Origin: an uncultured Gemmatimonadales bacterium | GTDB taxonomy: Bacteria; Gemmatimonadota; Gemmatimonadetes; Gemmatimonadales; Gemmatimonadaceae | Direction of reading: 5' to 3' | Length of the DNA stretch: 64,000 nucleotides | NCBI GenBank assembly: GCA_963850905.1 | Contig: CAWKMU010000003.1 | Coordinates: 192,001-256,000 of the forward strand | Shown: one piece after another, positions 34,265-46,513 of the stretch | How positions within the stretch are numbered: position 1 is the stretch's first letter | Layout of the letters: every line of letters starts with the position of its first letter | Program-made: the position numbers and the translations under genes | The notes under the pieces: model-generated | What the model was told of the DNA's origin: nothing | The model's input: only the letters and a program-made list of their open reading frames with translations | Database searches by the model: none

Positions 34265-34783
34265 TTACGTTGCCACCGCGCCCAGCGCACCGCCACACGT
34301 GCTGCAATACCGGGCCGCCGCCATCGTGATCGCCGTACCGCACTCAGGACAGCGCGCGCTCAGATACTGCCCGCAATTGATGCAATACGCCGCATCGGCC
34401 ACCGTCCGATGCTGGCACGCGGGACACGCGGACGGCGTCGACGACCGCGACCCACTCGAATCGGTCGCCGGCGTCGCACCGCCCGCGGGCGTTTCCGGCG
34501 CACGCAGCTCCGCCAGCGCGCGCGCGGTGTATGTGGACTTGAGGCTGCCGTAATCGGCTTCCGAAAGCTTCCCTGTCGCGCGATCGAACTCGATTTCCCT
34601 CAACACGTCGACGGCAGTGACCTCGCCACTCGCGCCGTCGCCAGAGCCCGCGCCGCGCTGCGACCCGGTGTCTCCCCGCGCGACGAACCGCGAGCCCGGT
34701 GTGGGGCCGAACAGGAGCGGGATGAGCACGAATCCAAGGCCGCACGCGGCCAGCACCGCGCCGATGAGAAGCGAGGCGATCAC
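34265..34783 (-). CDS. membrane-anchored double zinc-ribbon protein (CcmI-like N-terminus)
   Basis: N-terminal TM, LREIEFDRATGKLSEADY, four CxxC pairs. Confidence 0.75.
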   Translation of the reverse strand: MIASLLIGAVLAACGLGFVLIPLLFGPTPGSRFVARGDTGSQRGAGSGDGASGEVTAVDVLREIEFDRATGKLSEADYGSLKSTYTARALAELRAPETPAGGATPATDSSGSRSSTPSACPACQHRTVADAAYCINCGQYLSARCPECGTAITMAAARYCSTCGGALGAVAT

Positions 34784-34796
34784 GGCCCGCCCGGCG

Positions 34797-35474
34797 TCAT
34801 GGCGTGTCCTTTCGGATCGCCGCTTCGAGCCGCGCCATCTCTTCTGGCGTCGCCTGGACGTCCAAGGACGCCAGTCGAGCCGTGTGGTACTCCTGCGTGC
34901 GATCGTCCGCCGCATGACGCCACCGCTGGGTCAGGATTGCGACGAGCGTCGCCCCACCACCGATCGCCACAAACGGCGCAATGTAGGCCGCCCAGTTGAA
35001 TCCCTCACGCACTGGCGCCATCAGCACACGCTCGCCATACGCGGCACGGAAAGCGGCGATGATCTCGGGGTCAGTGTATCCCCCTTCGACGAGGTGCATC
35101 ACGTCTTGATGCATCGCCGGCGAGATCGGACAGGTGAAGTCGGTCGTCCGACAGGTATACACGTCGAGTGTACACCCGCACTGGCAATGCAGATGATGCT
35201 CGAGCTCATCGCGCGCGGCAGCGGACATCGACGGAGCCGCCCCCGCCTTCGCCGGCAGTTGAACGGGTTTGTACGCATCGTCGTTCATGGGCCCGCTCAT
35301 CGTCGTGCGGACCCCGCCCGCCTCCTGCCCCCCGCCCTGCGACTGGCGGTCCGCGCTTTGTCCCCCGACCCCTGAGCCCTGATCCCTGAACCCGCCGTTC
35401 ATGGAGACCCGCGCCGCTCCAACGGCACCGGCTCCAGCGGTGAGCGACATCAGAAATTGACGGCGCGACAGCAT
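34797..35474 (-). CDS. ccmH: cytochrome c biogenesis protein CcmH-like, with Tat signal
   Basis: MLSRRQFL twin-arginine motif, LHCQCGC, FRAAYGERVLMAP, C-terminal TM; follows ccmF. Confidence 0.75.
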   Translation of the reverse strand: MLSRRQFLMSLTAGAGAVGAARVSMNGGFRDQGSGVGGQSADRQSQGGGQEAGGVRTTMSGPMNDDAYKPVQLPAKAGAAPSMSAAARDELEHHLHCQCGCTLDVYTCRTTDFTCPISPAMHQDVMHLVEGGYTDPEIIAAFRAAYGERVLMAPVREGFNWAAYIAPFVAIGGGATLVAILTQRWRHAADDRTQEYHTARLASLDVQATPEEMARLEAAIRKDTP

Positions 35475-35481
35475 GGGAGAG

Positions 35482-37515
35482 CTACGGCGCCACGCGCGCG
35501 TGGGACGGCGTCGACGGGGCCAGGCGAGCCGCATAACCGCCCTGCGACCGCGCGCGGTCGGCCTGCGGCCACATGACGATGAGCCCTCCCAACGCCATGA
35601 TCATCCCGCCGTACCAGACCCACCACACGAGCGGATTGAAAGTGATGCGGATTTCCGCTGTCTCGCTCGGCAACACGCCCGTGAGGACGACGTAGACATC
35701 CTGGCTCGGTTGCGAGTAGATCCCGACAGCGGTCGACGGCTCGAATGTCGGATCCCCGCGGCTGTCCACATGCTGCCGTTTCTCGCTTTCGATGATCGGC
35801 ATCGGCTTCCCGTCTCGCGTCGGCTTGAGCGACACCGCGGTCACCTGGCGATTCAACGCGTCGAACCGGGACACGCCCTGACTCACGAATTGCCAGCGGT
35901 GACCGTATGGGTCCGTAGCGCTGAACGTCTCTCCCGCTCGCAGGGTCACATCGAACTCGCGCTTGAAGACCAGACCCGCGAATGCACAGAACAGCACCAC
36001 GACCCCCGCGTGGACGATGTAGCCGCCATAGCGCCGCCGATTCCGCGCGACGAGACGCAGGAAGGCAACCAGCGGGTTCTCGCCATGCATCCGCATGCGC
36101 GCCCCAACACCCTTATAGAACTCCTGCAGGATCGTGGTGGCGACGAAGCCCGCGAGCGTATAGGCGATGAGCGCGTGCCCTTCGCGGAGTCCCAACGCGA
36201 ACAGCAGAGAGAGGACCGCCACGCCTCCGAAGGCCGGGGCGGCGAACTGCCGGCGCACGTTGGCGATGGACGCTCGACGCCACGCGACGAGCGGGCCGAT
36301 GCCGGTGAGCGCCAGCAGCATCAGGCCGAGCGGAACATTGACGGCGTTGAAGAACGGCGGACCCACCGTGATCTTGGTCCCCCGAACGGCCTCGCTGAGA
36401 ATGGGGAACAGCGTTCCCCAAAGGACGGAGAACGCGATGCCCACCAGGAGCACGTTGTTGTAAAGGAAGGCGGCCTCACGGCTGACCATGCTCTCGAGCT
36501 CGGCCTTGGCTTCCAGATCCTTGAGCCTCGTTGCCACGAGGTAGATGGTCACGGCCGTCGCGGTGACGAGGAGCCCGGCGAACCAGACGCCGACCGGAGA
36601 TTGGGCAAAGGAGTGGACGCTCGAGATCACGCCGCTGCGCGTGATGAACGTCCCCAGAATCGCAAGCAGGAAGGTCGAGACCACGAGCACGACATTCCAC
36701 TTGCGCAGCATCCCCCGCTTCTCCTGCACCATGATCGAATGCAGGAATGCCGTGCCGGTGAGCCACGGCAGGAGTGACGCATTCTCGACCGGGTCCCAGG
36801 CCCAGTAGCCACCCCATCCGAGCTCGACGTAGGCCCACCACATGCCGAGGGTGATCCCGACGGTCAGGAAGAACCAGGAGACGAGCGACCAGCGTCGGAC
36901 GGCCGCCAACCACTCGCCGTCGAGTCGCCGTGTGATGAGCGCCGCGATCGCGAACGCAAAGGGCACCGTCGTGGCGGTGTAGCCGAGGTAGAGGTTCGGC
37001 GGGTGGAACGCCATGCCGGGATTCTGCAGCTGAGGATTCAGCCCGTTCCCGTCGAACACCTCATAGGACAAGCGACTGAAGGGGCTCGCGCCGAAACACA
37101 GCGTCGCGAGAAAGAAGAGCAGCACGGCCGAAAGCGTCCCGACGACGTACGGCATGAGCGCCCGGTTCCGCCGGCGATTCGCCCACACGGCGATCGCGCT
37201 ATACGTGGACAGGATGAGCGCCCAGAAGAGCATCGACCCCTCCTGCCCCGCCCAGAAGGCCGTGAGCGTATAGAGGGTCGGCAGATTGGCGCTCGTGTAG
37301 GACGCCACGTATCGCAGCGTGAAGTCGTGACGGATGAGCGCCGTCCAGAGACCGAGTGAGGCCAGCACGACGAAGCCCCACGTCATGTAGAGAGCACGCT
37401 CCGCCGTCTCCGTCAGGTCGGCTCGGCGGAGCACGCCGCCGCTGAACGACACGATGCAGGCCCACGCCGCGAACAGCAGGGCGACCCACATCGACAGTTC
37501 GCCGATCACGACCAT
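35482..37515 (-). CDS. ccmF: heme lyase CcmF/NrfE family
   Basis: WGGYWAWDPVEN, HPPNLYLGY, SVHSFA. Confidence 0.95.
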   Translation of the reverse strand: MVVIGELSMWVALLFAAWACIVSFSGGVLRRADLTETAERALYMTWGFVVLASLGLWTALIRHDFTLRYVASYTSANLPTLYTLTAFWAGQEGSMLFWALILSTYSAIAVWANRRRNRALMPYVVGTLSAVLLFFLATLCFGASPFSRLSYEVFDGNGLNPQLQNPGMAFHPPNLYLGYTATTVPFAFAIAALITRRLDGEWLAAVRRWSLVSWFFLTVGITLGMWWAYVELGWGGYWAWDPVENASLLPWLTGTAFLHSIMVQEKRGMLRKWNVVLVVSTFLLAILGTFITRSGVISSVHSFAQSPVGVWFAGLLVTATAVTIYLVATRLKDLEAKAELESMVSREAAFLYNNVLLVGIAFSVLWGTLFPILSEAVRGTKITVGPPFFNAVNVPLGLMLLALTGIGPLVAWRRASIANVRRQFAAPAFGGVAVLSLLFALGLREGHALIAYTLAGFVATTILQEFYKGVGARMRMHGENPLVAFLRLVARNRRRYGGYIVHAGVVVLFCAFAGLVFKREFDVTLRAGETFSATDPYGHRWQFVSQGVSRFDALNRQVTAVSLKPTRDGKPMPIIESEKRQHVDSRGDPTFEPSTAVGIYSQPSQDVYVVLTGVLPSETAEIRITFNPLVWWVWYGGMIMALGGLIVMWPQADRARSQGGYAARLAPSTPSHARVAP

Positions 37516-37524
37516 GGGCGCCGT

Positions 37525-38004
37525 CTATTCTCTACTTTCTGCAGTTCTGCTGTCTTGGGTGCGAACCACCCGCGCCTGTCGGTAGCCCGCCGTGTTCCGG
37601 TACTTGTCGGGCGCATTCTCGTAGCGAGACGCGCACTTGGCCAACAACGTGGTCGCGCGAAAGGTCCCGTCCGAGCCCAACCGGCCGTCGACGACGACAT
37701 CGGCGCTGTCGGTGAACGTATCCGGAATGATCCCGCGATAGACGATCGGGTAGCTCTGGTCGCCATCGGATACACGGAAGGCGACCTCGCGGCCGCCCGG
37801 ATCACGCCGAATAGAGCCTGGGGTGACTCGCGCACCCATTTTGATCCCGGACCCGATCAGCGATGGATCGGCCGCGACCTTTTGTGCGAGCTCCTGCGGC
37901 GTGACGTAGTAGACGCCGGTCGTCTTGATCGACGACGCCATGAGATACGCGGCGACCCCGAGGATCACCGCTCCGCCGACCAGGAATTTGATGCGCGGCT
38001 TCAT
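37525..38004 (-). CDS. ccmE: heme chaperone CcmE, Cys-type (CxxxY)
   Basis: N-terminal TM, YYVTP, YRGIIPDTF, LLAKCASRY. Confidence 0.9.
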   Translation of the reverse strand: MKPRIKFLVGGAVILGVAAYLMASSIKTTGVYYVTPQELAQKVAADPSLIGSGIKMGARVTPGSIRRDPGGREVAFRVSDGDQSYPIVYRGIIPDTFTDSADVVVDGRLGSDGTFRATTLLAKCASRYENAPDKYRNTAGYRQARVVRTQDSRTAESRE

Positions 38005-38129
38005 TGCCCTACTCTCTCCATCGCATCATCCGCACGACACCCGCCATTCTCGCGCCAGATTCCAAGGGCCGTCTCGAGGCGCGACCTGGAACCCGAGCGT
38101 CGCGCGGACTGATGTGTCCGACGAGCCGG

Positions 38130-38330
38130 CTACTCCGGACGCGTCGCGGTCTGGCGTATCCGGGCCATGATCATCTCCAGCTCGCGCTCCGCCTGCGCTC
38201 GCTCCTCAGGCGTCCACGCACCAATGAGCCGTCGATAATCCCGAATACGCTCCAACATCTCATCGATTGCGGCACGCAATTCGAGGTTCGACCGCCGCTC
38301 AGTCGAGGTCGGTCCTGCCCGAGTTGGCAT
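38130..38330 (-). CDS. small helical hypothetical protein (66 aa)
   Basis: MPTRAG...LELRAAIDEMLERIRD...AERELEMIMARIR; amphipathic, same strand as its neighbours. Confidence 0.55.
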   Translation of the reverse strand: MPTRAGPTSTERRSNLELRAAIDEMLERIRDYRRLIGAWTPEERAQAERELEMIMARIRQTATRPE

Positions 38331-38501
38331 GCTGCGGATAATAGCGGTGGACGCCTGCCCGCGCGAGGTATAAACCCGGTGGGGGCGACGCATGCGTCCC
38401 CCGACGTTCTCCGCTCGGGTTTCGGGATCATGACTGCCCCTCACTGCCCGCATGCAATTACCTGATCGGCGGGTAGGGGCGACGCCGTGCGTCGCCCGAC
38501 G

Positions 38502-40002
38502 TTAGCCCGCGCGGGCCCAGAAAAGGGCGGTATCGACCGCGCGCGCCCAAGCCGCGGCGCCAATTCGCGCCGCCTCGCGGCCAGCCCCTGGCTCGAACGT
38601 CGTCAATTGCGCGGTGGCCGATGAACGCCGCCGCATCGGGCCAGATCCCCGTCGCCAGGCCGGCGAGACCGGCGGCGCCGAGCGCCGTCGTCTCCACGAC
38701 CTCGGGCCGCTCGACGCGGACGCCGAGCACGTCGGCCTGAAACTGCATCAACCAGTCGTTTTGCGAGGCACCGCCATCGACGCGCAGCGTCGTGAAATGA
38801 TCTGGTGATTCCTCTGCCGCCTGGCGCATGGATGCGAGGACTTCGTCCGTTGCGTAGGCCATCGCCTCGAGTGAGGCCCGCACGAGATGTGCTCGCGTCG
38901 TCCCTCGGGTGAGACCGACGATGGTGCCGCGCGCTGCTGGCTCCCAGTGCGGCGCGCCCAGCCCGGTCAACGCCGGCACGAACACAACGCCGTCGGTGGA
39001 CGGGACACTCCGCGCCAGCGCCTCCGTCTCGCGCGCGTGTGCGATGAGGCCCAGTCCATCGCGCAGCCACTGGACGGCGGCCCCTGCGATGAAGATCGAG
39101 GCCTCGAGGGCGTACGCCGTACCGCCGCGCGTATCGCACGCCACCGTCGTCAGGATGCCCGTGCTTGCGTCAGGGCTGGGGCGGCGCGAGCCCGTGTGCA
39201 GCAGAAGAAAGGCACCGGTGCCGTAGGTGTTCTTCCCCAACCCGGCGCGGTCGCACCCCTGTCCAAACAACGCGGCTTGCTGATCGCCGGCCACGCCCGC
39301 GATTGGCACAGTTCCGCCGGTCTGGATGCCCAGGAGTCGTCCGTCCACCACGCCGAAGTCACCAGCGGACGGCCGCACCTGGGGCAACGCCTCTCGCGGT
39401 ACCCCAAACAATGCACAGAGCGATTCGCTCCACTCGTGGCGGTTGATGTCGTAGAGGGATGTGCGCGACGCGTTGGTGGGATCCGTCGCGTGGACCTGCC
39501 CACCCGTGAGGTTCCAGATGAGCCACGTATCAATTGTGCCGACGAGGACGTCGCCGCGCTTCGCGCGCTCGTCCCACGCGCGCTGCCGCAGCAGCCACGC
39601 CAGCTTGGCGGCCGAGAAATACGGATCGAGCGTGAGGCCTGTGGCAGCGCGGACCATGGCCGCGTTGGGAGCGAGCGCGGCACACTCCGCTGCCGTTCGG
39701 CGATCCTGCCACACGATCGCATGCGGGGCGGCGCGGGGGCGCGCACGCTCCCACGCAACGATCGTCTCGCGCTGATTGGTAATGCCGACCGCATCCGGTC
39801 GGACCCCGGCCATCGCCACCGCTTCGCGCGCCGCCTCGAGCGTGCGATCCAGGATCTCGACCGGATCGTGCTCGACCCATCCCGGCTGCGGGTAGTACTG
39901 CGTGATCTCCCGATATCCCCGCCCGACCACTCGCCCGTCGGCGCTCACGACGAGGCACGTGGTCCCTGTGGTCCCCTCATCAATTGCGAGAACGTGTTTC
40001 AC
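38502..40002 (-). CDS. glpK: glycerol kinase (frameshift near 3' end)
   Basis: AIDEGTTG, GITNQRET, GDQQAALFGQ, KNTYGTG, ETTALGAA. Confidence 0.95.
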
Positions 40003-40008
40003 TGGAGC

Positions 40009-40148
40009 TAGACGTTGGACGTTGGACATTGGACGTTAGACGCTGGACGTTGGACGTTAGAAAAAACCTCGGAGGCCAGCTAGATGCGCGGCGGCTGATC
40101 TTCGAGGTTGTCTCCAACGTCTAACGTCCAACGTCTAACGTCTAGCCT

Positions 40149-40151
<3 letters not shown>
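40009..40151. repeat. miniature element with inverted heptamer (T(G/A)GACGT) arms and palindromic core
   Basis: Seven left heptamers, core AACCTCGGAGG...TCTTCGAGGTT, five inverted heptamers; homologous to 59641-59761. Confidence 0.85.
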
Positions 40152-42090
<1,939 letters not shown>

Positions 42091-42221
42091 CGTCTTGAAC
42101 TGGGGACACGATAGGGCGAACGGAAGCCGAAAGCCCCCGCCCGACATTCATTAGAAGTTAATGCACCCGGCTGCGGCAAGCAACCGGTGCTGGCGACCGT
42201 ATGGCGTTGTGGCCAATAGAG

Positions 42222-42548
42222 TTACCGCTTTGCCTGCCAGCGGATTCTCTTCACGGGCGGCCGACTGGCATCCCGGTTGATCGCAGCCAGGAGCTGCGGC
42301 TCGAGCAACGACAACTCGGCCATCCACGGATTGCTCGATGACCGCCACGAACAGAGTCCCGTTCGCTGTCACACGCAGCGGCTCGGTCACGCGCAGCGAC
42401 CTGCGGGCCGACGAGACTCGGCCAGTCCGGCAATCACCGCCGCCTGCGTGACTCGCGGCGCCAGGCCACTCGTCCGCAGGAAGTTCTCGATCACCGCACC
42501 CACGCGCTCGGGCTTGGTCCGGCCCGCATTGGCTGGTCGGCGCGCCAT
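42222..42548 (-). CDS. DUF721/DciA family protein (frameshifted)
   Basis: Reconstructed ...WPSLVGPQVA..TEPLRVTANGTLFVAV...WMAELSLLEPQLL; sits in the usual recF-DUF721-gyrB position. Confidence 0.8.
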
Positions 42549-43882
42549 CAATCGATCATCCGCGACAGAACGCCGTCCTGGATCCGGACACGATGCAGCC
42601 GCGTGAGCCCCACCGGGATGTCCGCTGCCTTTGGCACTGCGAGGATGACCTGACCAGCGATCGACCCGGCGCGCGGGACGCCGGCTGCGCGGCTGCCGGC
42701 GAGCACGTCCAGGATGGCGCGCGAGCGCCGCTCGTCCAATTCCGCGAATGGATCATCGAACAACAATACTGGCGCGGACCCTCGGCGGCTACGGATCGTC
42801 GCCGCTTCGAGAATGCGCAATCCAATCGCCGCCGTTCGCTGCTGGCCCGCTGAGCCGTACACCCGCAACTCGCGATCACCGATCGAGAGGGTCAAGTCGT
42901 CCCGGTGCGGGCCGACCCGCGTCGCCCCGTGGCGGAGATCCCCTTCGCGGCTGGCCGCGAGGGCAGCAGCGAGCGCCTCACGCAACTCGCCCACATCGCG
43001 GACTTCCGCATCCCCTTTCTCCTTTCTCCTCTCCCCCTTCTCGCGCGCGATGGCGCGCGAGTACGTCACCTGGACACGATCGCGTTCACCAATGGCCGCA
43101 CACACGTCGGCAAGCTCCCCCGCCCACTCGTGTGCCCACTGCGCACGTTCGGCCCAGAGCGTGGCGCCAGCGTCCGCCAGGAGCGGTTCCCACGCGACGA
43201 GCGCTGCTTCCAGCGCGGCCTGCGTGACGGCGTGACGGCGAGCCAACCCCCGGAGCGCCGCGTTGCGGCGGATGAGCGCGCCGCGATAGCTCTGCAACGC
43301 GGTTAGGTACCGCTTCGAAGTCGTGGCCAGAACGACATCGAGGTACCGACGGCGCCCGATGGGCGCGCCGCGAACGAGATCCACGTCGACCGGCGAAAAG
43401 GTCACCGATGGCATCGACCCCAGAGCATCGCTCAGCCGCTCCGGTACCACGCCGTCGACGGCGGCTCGTTTGCGACGGGAGGCTCGCTCGAAGCCGACCG
43501 TGATCGCGTGTTCGCTCGAGGACGGGCGCAGGACGCTCGGCGCCACTGACACCTCAGGCTCGGCGTTCCCGGGCGTTCCCTCGGTCGTCCCCGCGACCCC
43601 GCGCACGTTGAAACCCGCAGCACCGAACCGCACGACGTCCACGTCGCGCGCCCCGCGCACCGATCGGAGCAGATGCAGGTACGCGATGGCTTCCAGCAGA
43701 TTCGTCTTGCCCTGACCGTTGTCGCCGATGATGACGATCCCGTCCGGCGGCAGCGTCAGCGCGACGTGCGTCAGGTTCCGAAAGTCGCGCGCCTCCAGCG
43801 CGCGAAGCCAGTGCGGCGGGTTCTGCGTCAGGTCAACAGTCGTGCCGGCCTGCCGAAGTGCCAGCGCGGCGAGACGCGGCAC
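42548..43882 (-). CDS. recF: DNA replication/repair protein RecF (start approximate)
   Basis: DFRNL, GDNGQGKTNLLEAI, GPHRDDL, GSAGQQR, LFDDPFAELD. Confidence 0.95.
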   Translation of the reverse strand: MPRLAALALRQAGTTVDLTQNPPHWLRALEARDFRNLTHVALTLPPDGIVIIGDNGQGKTNLLEAIAYLHLLRSVRGARDVDVVRFGAAGFNVRGVAGTTEGTPGNAEPEVSVAPSVLRPSSSEHAITVGFERASRRKRAAVDGVVPERLSDALGSMPSVTFSPVDVDLVRGAPIGRRRYLDVVLATTSKRYLTALQSYRGALIRRNAALRGLARRHAVTQAALEAALVAWEPLLADAGATLWAERAQWAHEWAGELADVCAAIGERDRVQVTYSRAIAREKGERRKEKGDAEVRDVGELREALAAALAASREGDLRHGATRVGPHRDDLTLSIGDRELRVYGSAGQQRTAAIGLRILEAATIRSRRGSAPVLLFDDPFAELDERRSRAILDVLAGSRAAGVPRAGSIAGQVILAVPKAADIPVGLTRLHRVRIQDGVLSRMID

Positions 43883-43961
43883 CGACCGCACAGAACGCAA
43901 GGACCGGCGGGTAGGGGCGACGCATGCGTCGCCCGCGGTTGCGGACGCGGCGAGACGCCCG

Positions 43962-44741
43962 TCATTGCCCTCGAAATTGCGGGGCGCGCTTCTCCAGAAA
44001 CGCGCGCGTGCCTTCGGCCATATCCGCGGTCGCCGCGAGCAAACCGAAATGTCCCGCCTCCAGGACAAGCGCGTCGGCAAGTGGGAGATCGAGCCCCCGG
44101 TTGACCGCGTCGATGCACATCGCGACGGCCAACGGGCCGTTTGCCAGGATCGCAGTCACCAGAGCCGTCGCGACCGGCAACAGCTCGTTGGCGGGCACGA
44201 CGCGATTCACCAGACCGATCCGCCACGCTTCCGCCGCATCAATCGTCTCGCCACTCAGCAACAGCTGCAGTGCACGGCCGCGCCCCACGAGGCGCGGGAG
44301 CCGCTGGGTCCCGCCGTACCCCGGCGTGATACCAAGCTTGACCTCCGGCTGTCCGAACTTCGCCGTCTCGCTCGCAATGCGCATGTGACACGCCATCGCG
44401 AGCTCGCAACCACCGCCGAGCGCAAAACCGTTGACCGCGGCGACGACGGGCTTCGGTGAGCTCTCGAATTGCTGAAACACCATTTGCCCGCGCAGCGCGC
44501 GTCGCCGAGCGTCCAACGGCTTTTGCGCTGCCAACTCGGAGATGTCGGCGCCAGCAACGAACGCACGTCCCGCACCCGTAAGGATCACCCCTCCAACGTC
44601 CGCGCGCGTACGCACCTCTTCGGCGGCAGCGCCCAGCTCGCCCATCGTCACGTCGTTCAAGGCGTTGAGCTTCTCAGGCCGATTCACCGTGATCGTGGCG
44701 ATCCGGTCGGCGACGGTGAGAGTCAGGGTCTGGTAGGTCAT
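43962..44741 (-). CDS. enoyl-CoA hydratase/crotonase
   Basis: NRPEKLNALN, AFVAGADI, GGGCELA, GQPEVKLG. Confidence 0.95.
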   Translation of the reverse strand: MTYQTLTLTVADRIATITVNRPEKLNALNDVTMGELGAAAEEVRTRADVGGVILTGAGRAFVAGADISELAAQKPLDARRRALRGQMVFQQFESSPKPVVAAVNGFALGGGCELAMACHMRIASETAKFGQPEVKLGITPGYGGTQRLPRLVGRGRALQLLLSGETIDAAEAWRIGLVNRVVPANELLPVATALVTAILANGPLAVAMCIDAVNRGLDLPLADALVLEAGHFGLLAATADMAEGTRAFLEKRAPQFRGQ

Positions 44742-44764
44742 GGCTCGGAAAATAGAACGGCTCT

Positions 44765-44900
44765 AACTGCGGGGTCAGGGGTCGGGGGACGGCAATGCAA
44801 CCCTGAGATCGCGCCGTCCGCAGCGACATGTAGGGGCGGCCTTCAGGCCGCCCATCGTCGGCGTCGTCGTCGGCAATTGCGGATCCCCGGCTCCGGCCCT
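44765..44900. repeat. composite heptamer-arm element with a REP variant (GTAGGGGCGGCCTTCAGGCCGCCC)
   Basis: Starts AACTGCGGGGTCAGGGGTC; REP at 44830-44853; degenerate right arm. Confidence 0.65.
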
Positions 44901-44906
44901 TCGGCG

Positions 44907-45149
44907 TTACCGCCGTTTCGCCGCTTCAAACAGTTGCCCAGTCATCGCGATATGCGCCGCCGAGACCACGACCACCACGACGCCCACGGCAATCCACGTG
45001 AGCGCAGCCATGCCCCAGTTCATGCCACCCGTGGGAACGGGCCGCGTCAGCCAGACAACGAACGCGAAGACGGCAAGCAGTCCCACGCAGACCGCGTACG
45101 CTCCGTATGCGGCCAGCCGAGCAGTCTGGCCCCGTAGCTTCATGTCCAT
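44907..45149 (-). CDS. small two-TM membrane protein
   Basis: Two hydrophobic segments; GGAGG upstream of the start. Confidence 0.6.
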   Translation of the reverse strand: MDMKLRGQTARLAAYGAYAVCVGLLAVFAFVVWLTRPVPTGGMNWGMAALTWIAVGVVVVVVSAAHIAMTGQLFEAAKRR

Positions 45150-45383
45150 GTTTGCATGACCTCCCGTGACAGTGTCCACCGTGCCGACGGTGCGCAGCGC
45201 GGCCCCCGCACTGATAACAATATTGTCACCAATAATGCGTGTCATCTCCCTTCTCCCGTCACCTCTCTCCCCTCTCAGGCACGAGCGCCACTAGCGCTCG
45301 GGTCCGTGGTGGGCGAGCATTAGCCGCGCGCGAGACCCTGCGCGCCGGACGGTCGGTCCGTCGTCGGAGCGGACGGAGGATGC

Positions 45384-46298
45384 ATGCAGGAGCGTCGGGC
45401 GCGATGGTCCTGGATCGTTGTCGGCTGCGTCGCGGCGCACGTCGCGCTCGGCAGTGCGCTTGCTCAGGACACGTCTCATAAGGCCGTGCCGTCGGCGACC
45501 GGCGCTGAGAGCGCCGCTGTGCGGACCCAGCCGACGGTATTGCCGGCCGGTGCCGCCGAGACTGTCGGCGCGCGAGCGACAGGCACGCCGCAGACCGCCG
45601 CGGACTACGTCGCCTCGGGCGACCGCGAGCGTGAGTCAATGCAGGCACGCGGCGCCCTCGACGACTTCGAGCGCGCAATCGCGCTCGACTCGAACAGCTA
45701 CGAGGCCCTGTACAAGGCATCACGCGAATCCGTCGATCTCGGCGAGTTCGAGCCCAATCCCGCCGCGAAGCAGCAGGACTTCGACACAGGCCTCCGGTTC
45801 GCGCAACGCGCCACCGTGGTCAATCCCACCGGGCCGGATGGGCATTTCGCCGTGGCGCGGGCGCTGGGCCGCCAGGCCCTGGCGGTCGGGGGCAAGAAAC
45901 GGATCCAGTTCGCGAAAGAGGTGCGGGCCGAGGCGCTGGCTGCCCTGTCCTACGACCCGAACCACGCAGGCGCCCTGCACGTGATGGGCGTCTGGAACGC
46001 CGAGGTCATGCGACTGAGCGGTATCGAACGCTTTATCGCGCGCAATCTCCTCGGGGGTGGCGTCCTGGGGACGGCCAGCTGGAAAGAGGCGGTGCGCTAT
46101 CTCCAGGAGGCAGTTGCGATAGAGCCGAAGCGCATCGTGCACCACCTGGATCTGGGAAAGGTGTACGCGGATCTCGGGGAGAAGAGCAAAGCGCGCCAGC
46201 AGTTCCAGCTCGTGTTGTCGACTCCGCCCGCCGAGTACAATGACCCCCATTACAAGGACGATGCGCAGCACCAACTGGCCCGTTTGGGGACCGGGTGA
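45384..46298 (+). CDS. exported TPR-repeat protein
   Basis: Signal peptide ending ALA-QD; several TPR-like helical pairs. Confidence 0.8.
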   Translation: MQERRARWSWIVVGCVAAHVALGSALAQDTSHKAVPSATGAESAAVRTQPTVLPAGAAETVGARATGTPQTAADYVASGDRERESMQARGALDDFERAIALDSNSYEALYKASRESVDLGEFEPNPAAKQQDFDTGLRFAQRATVVNPTGPDGHFAVARALGRQALAVGGKKRIQFAKEVRAEALAALSYDPNHAGALHVMGVWNAEVMRLSGIERFIARNLLGGGVLGTASWKEAVRYLQEAVAIEPKRIVHHLDLGKVYADLGEKSKARQQFQLVLSTPPAEYNDPHYKDDAQHQLARLGTG

Positions 46299-46513
46299 CT
46301 TCCGATCAGCGCCAACCGTCAGGCGGTTGGGAGCCCCTGTGCGAGGACTTTGCCCCCGCAGCGCCGCCAGCAACCCCCCCCGCCTTGCCGTTGGTAAGAA
46401 ACTTGCTTCCTACCCCGCGTTAGGATCGTCGTACGGCCCTGCCAAAGACTCCGGTGGGCGCCTGCGTCGTTGTGCGCCTTCCGGGTCGCGGTCGACCTCG
46501 AACCCCTGCCGTC

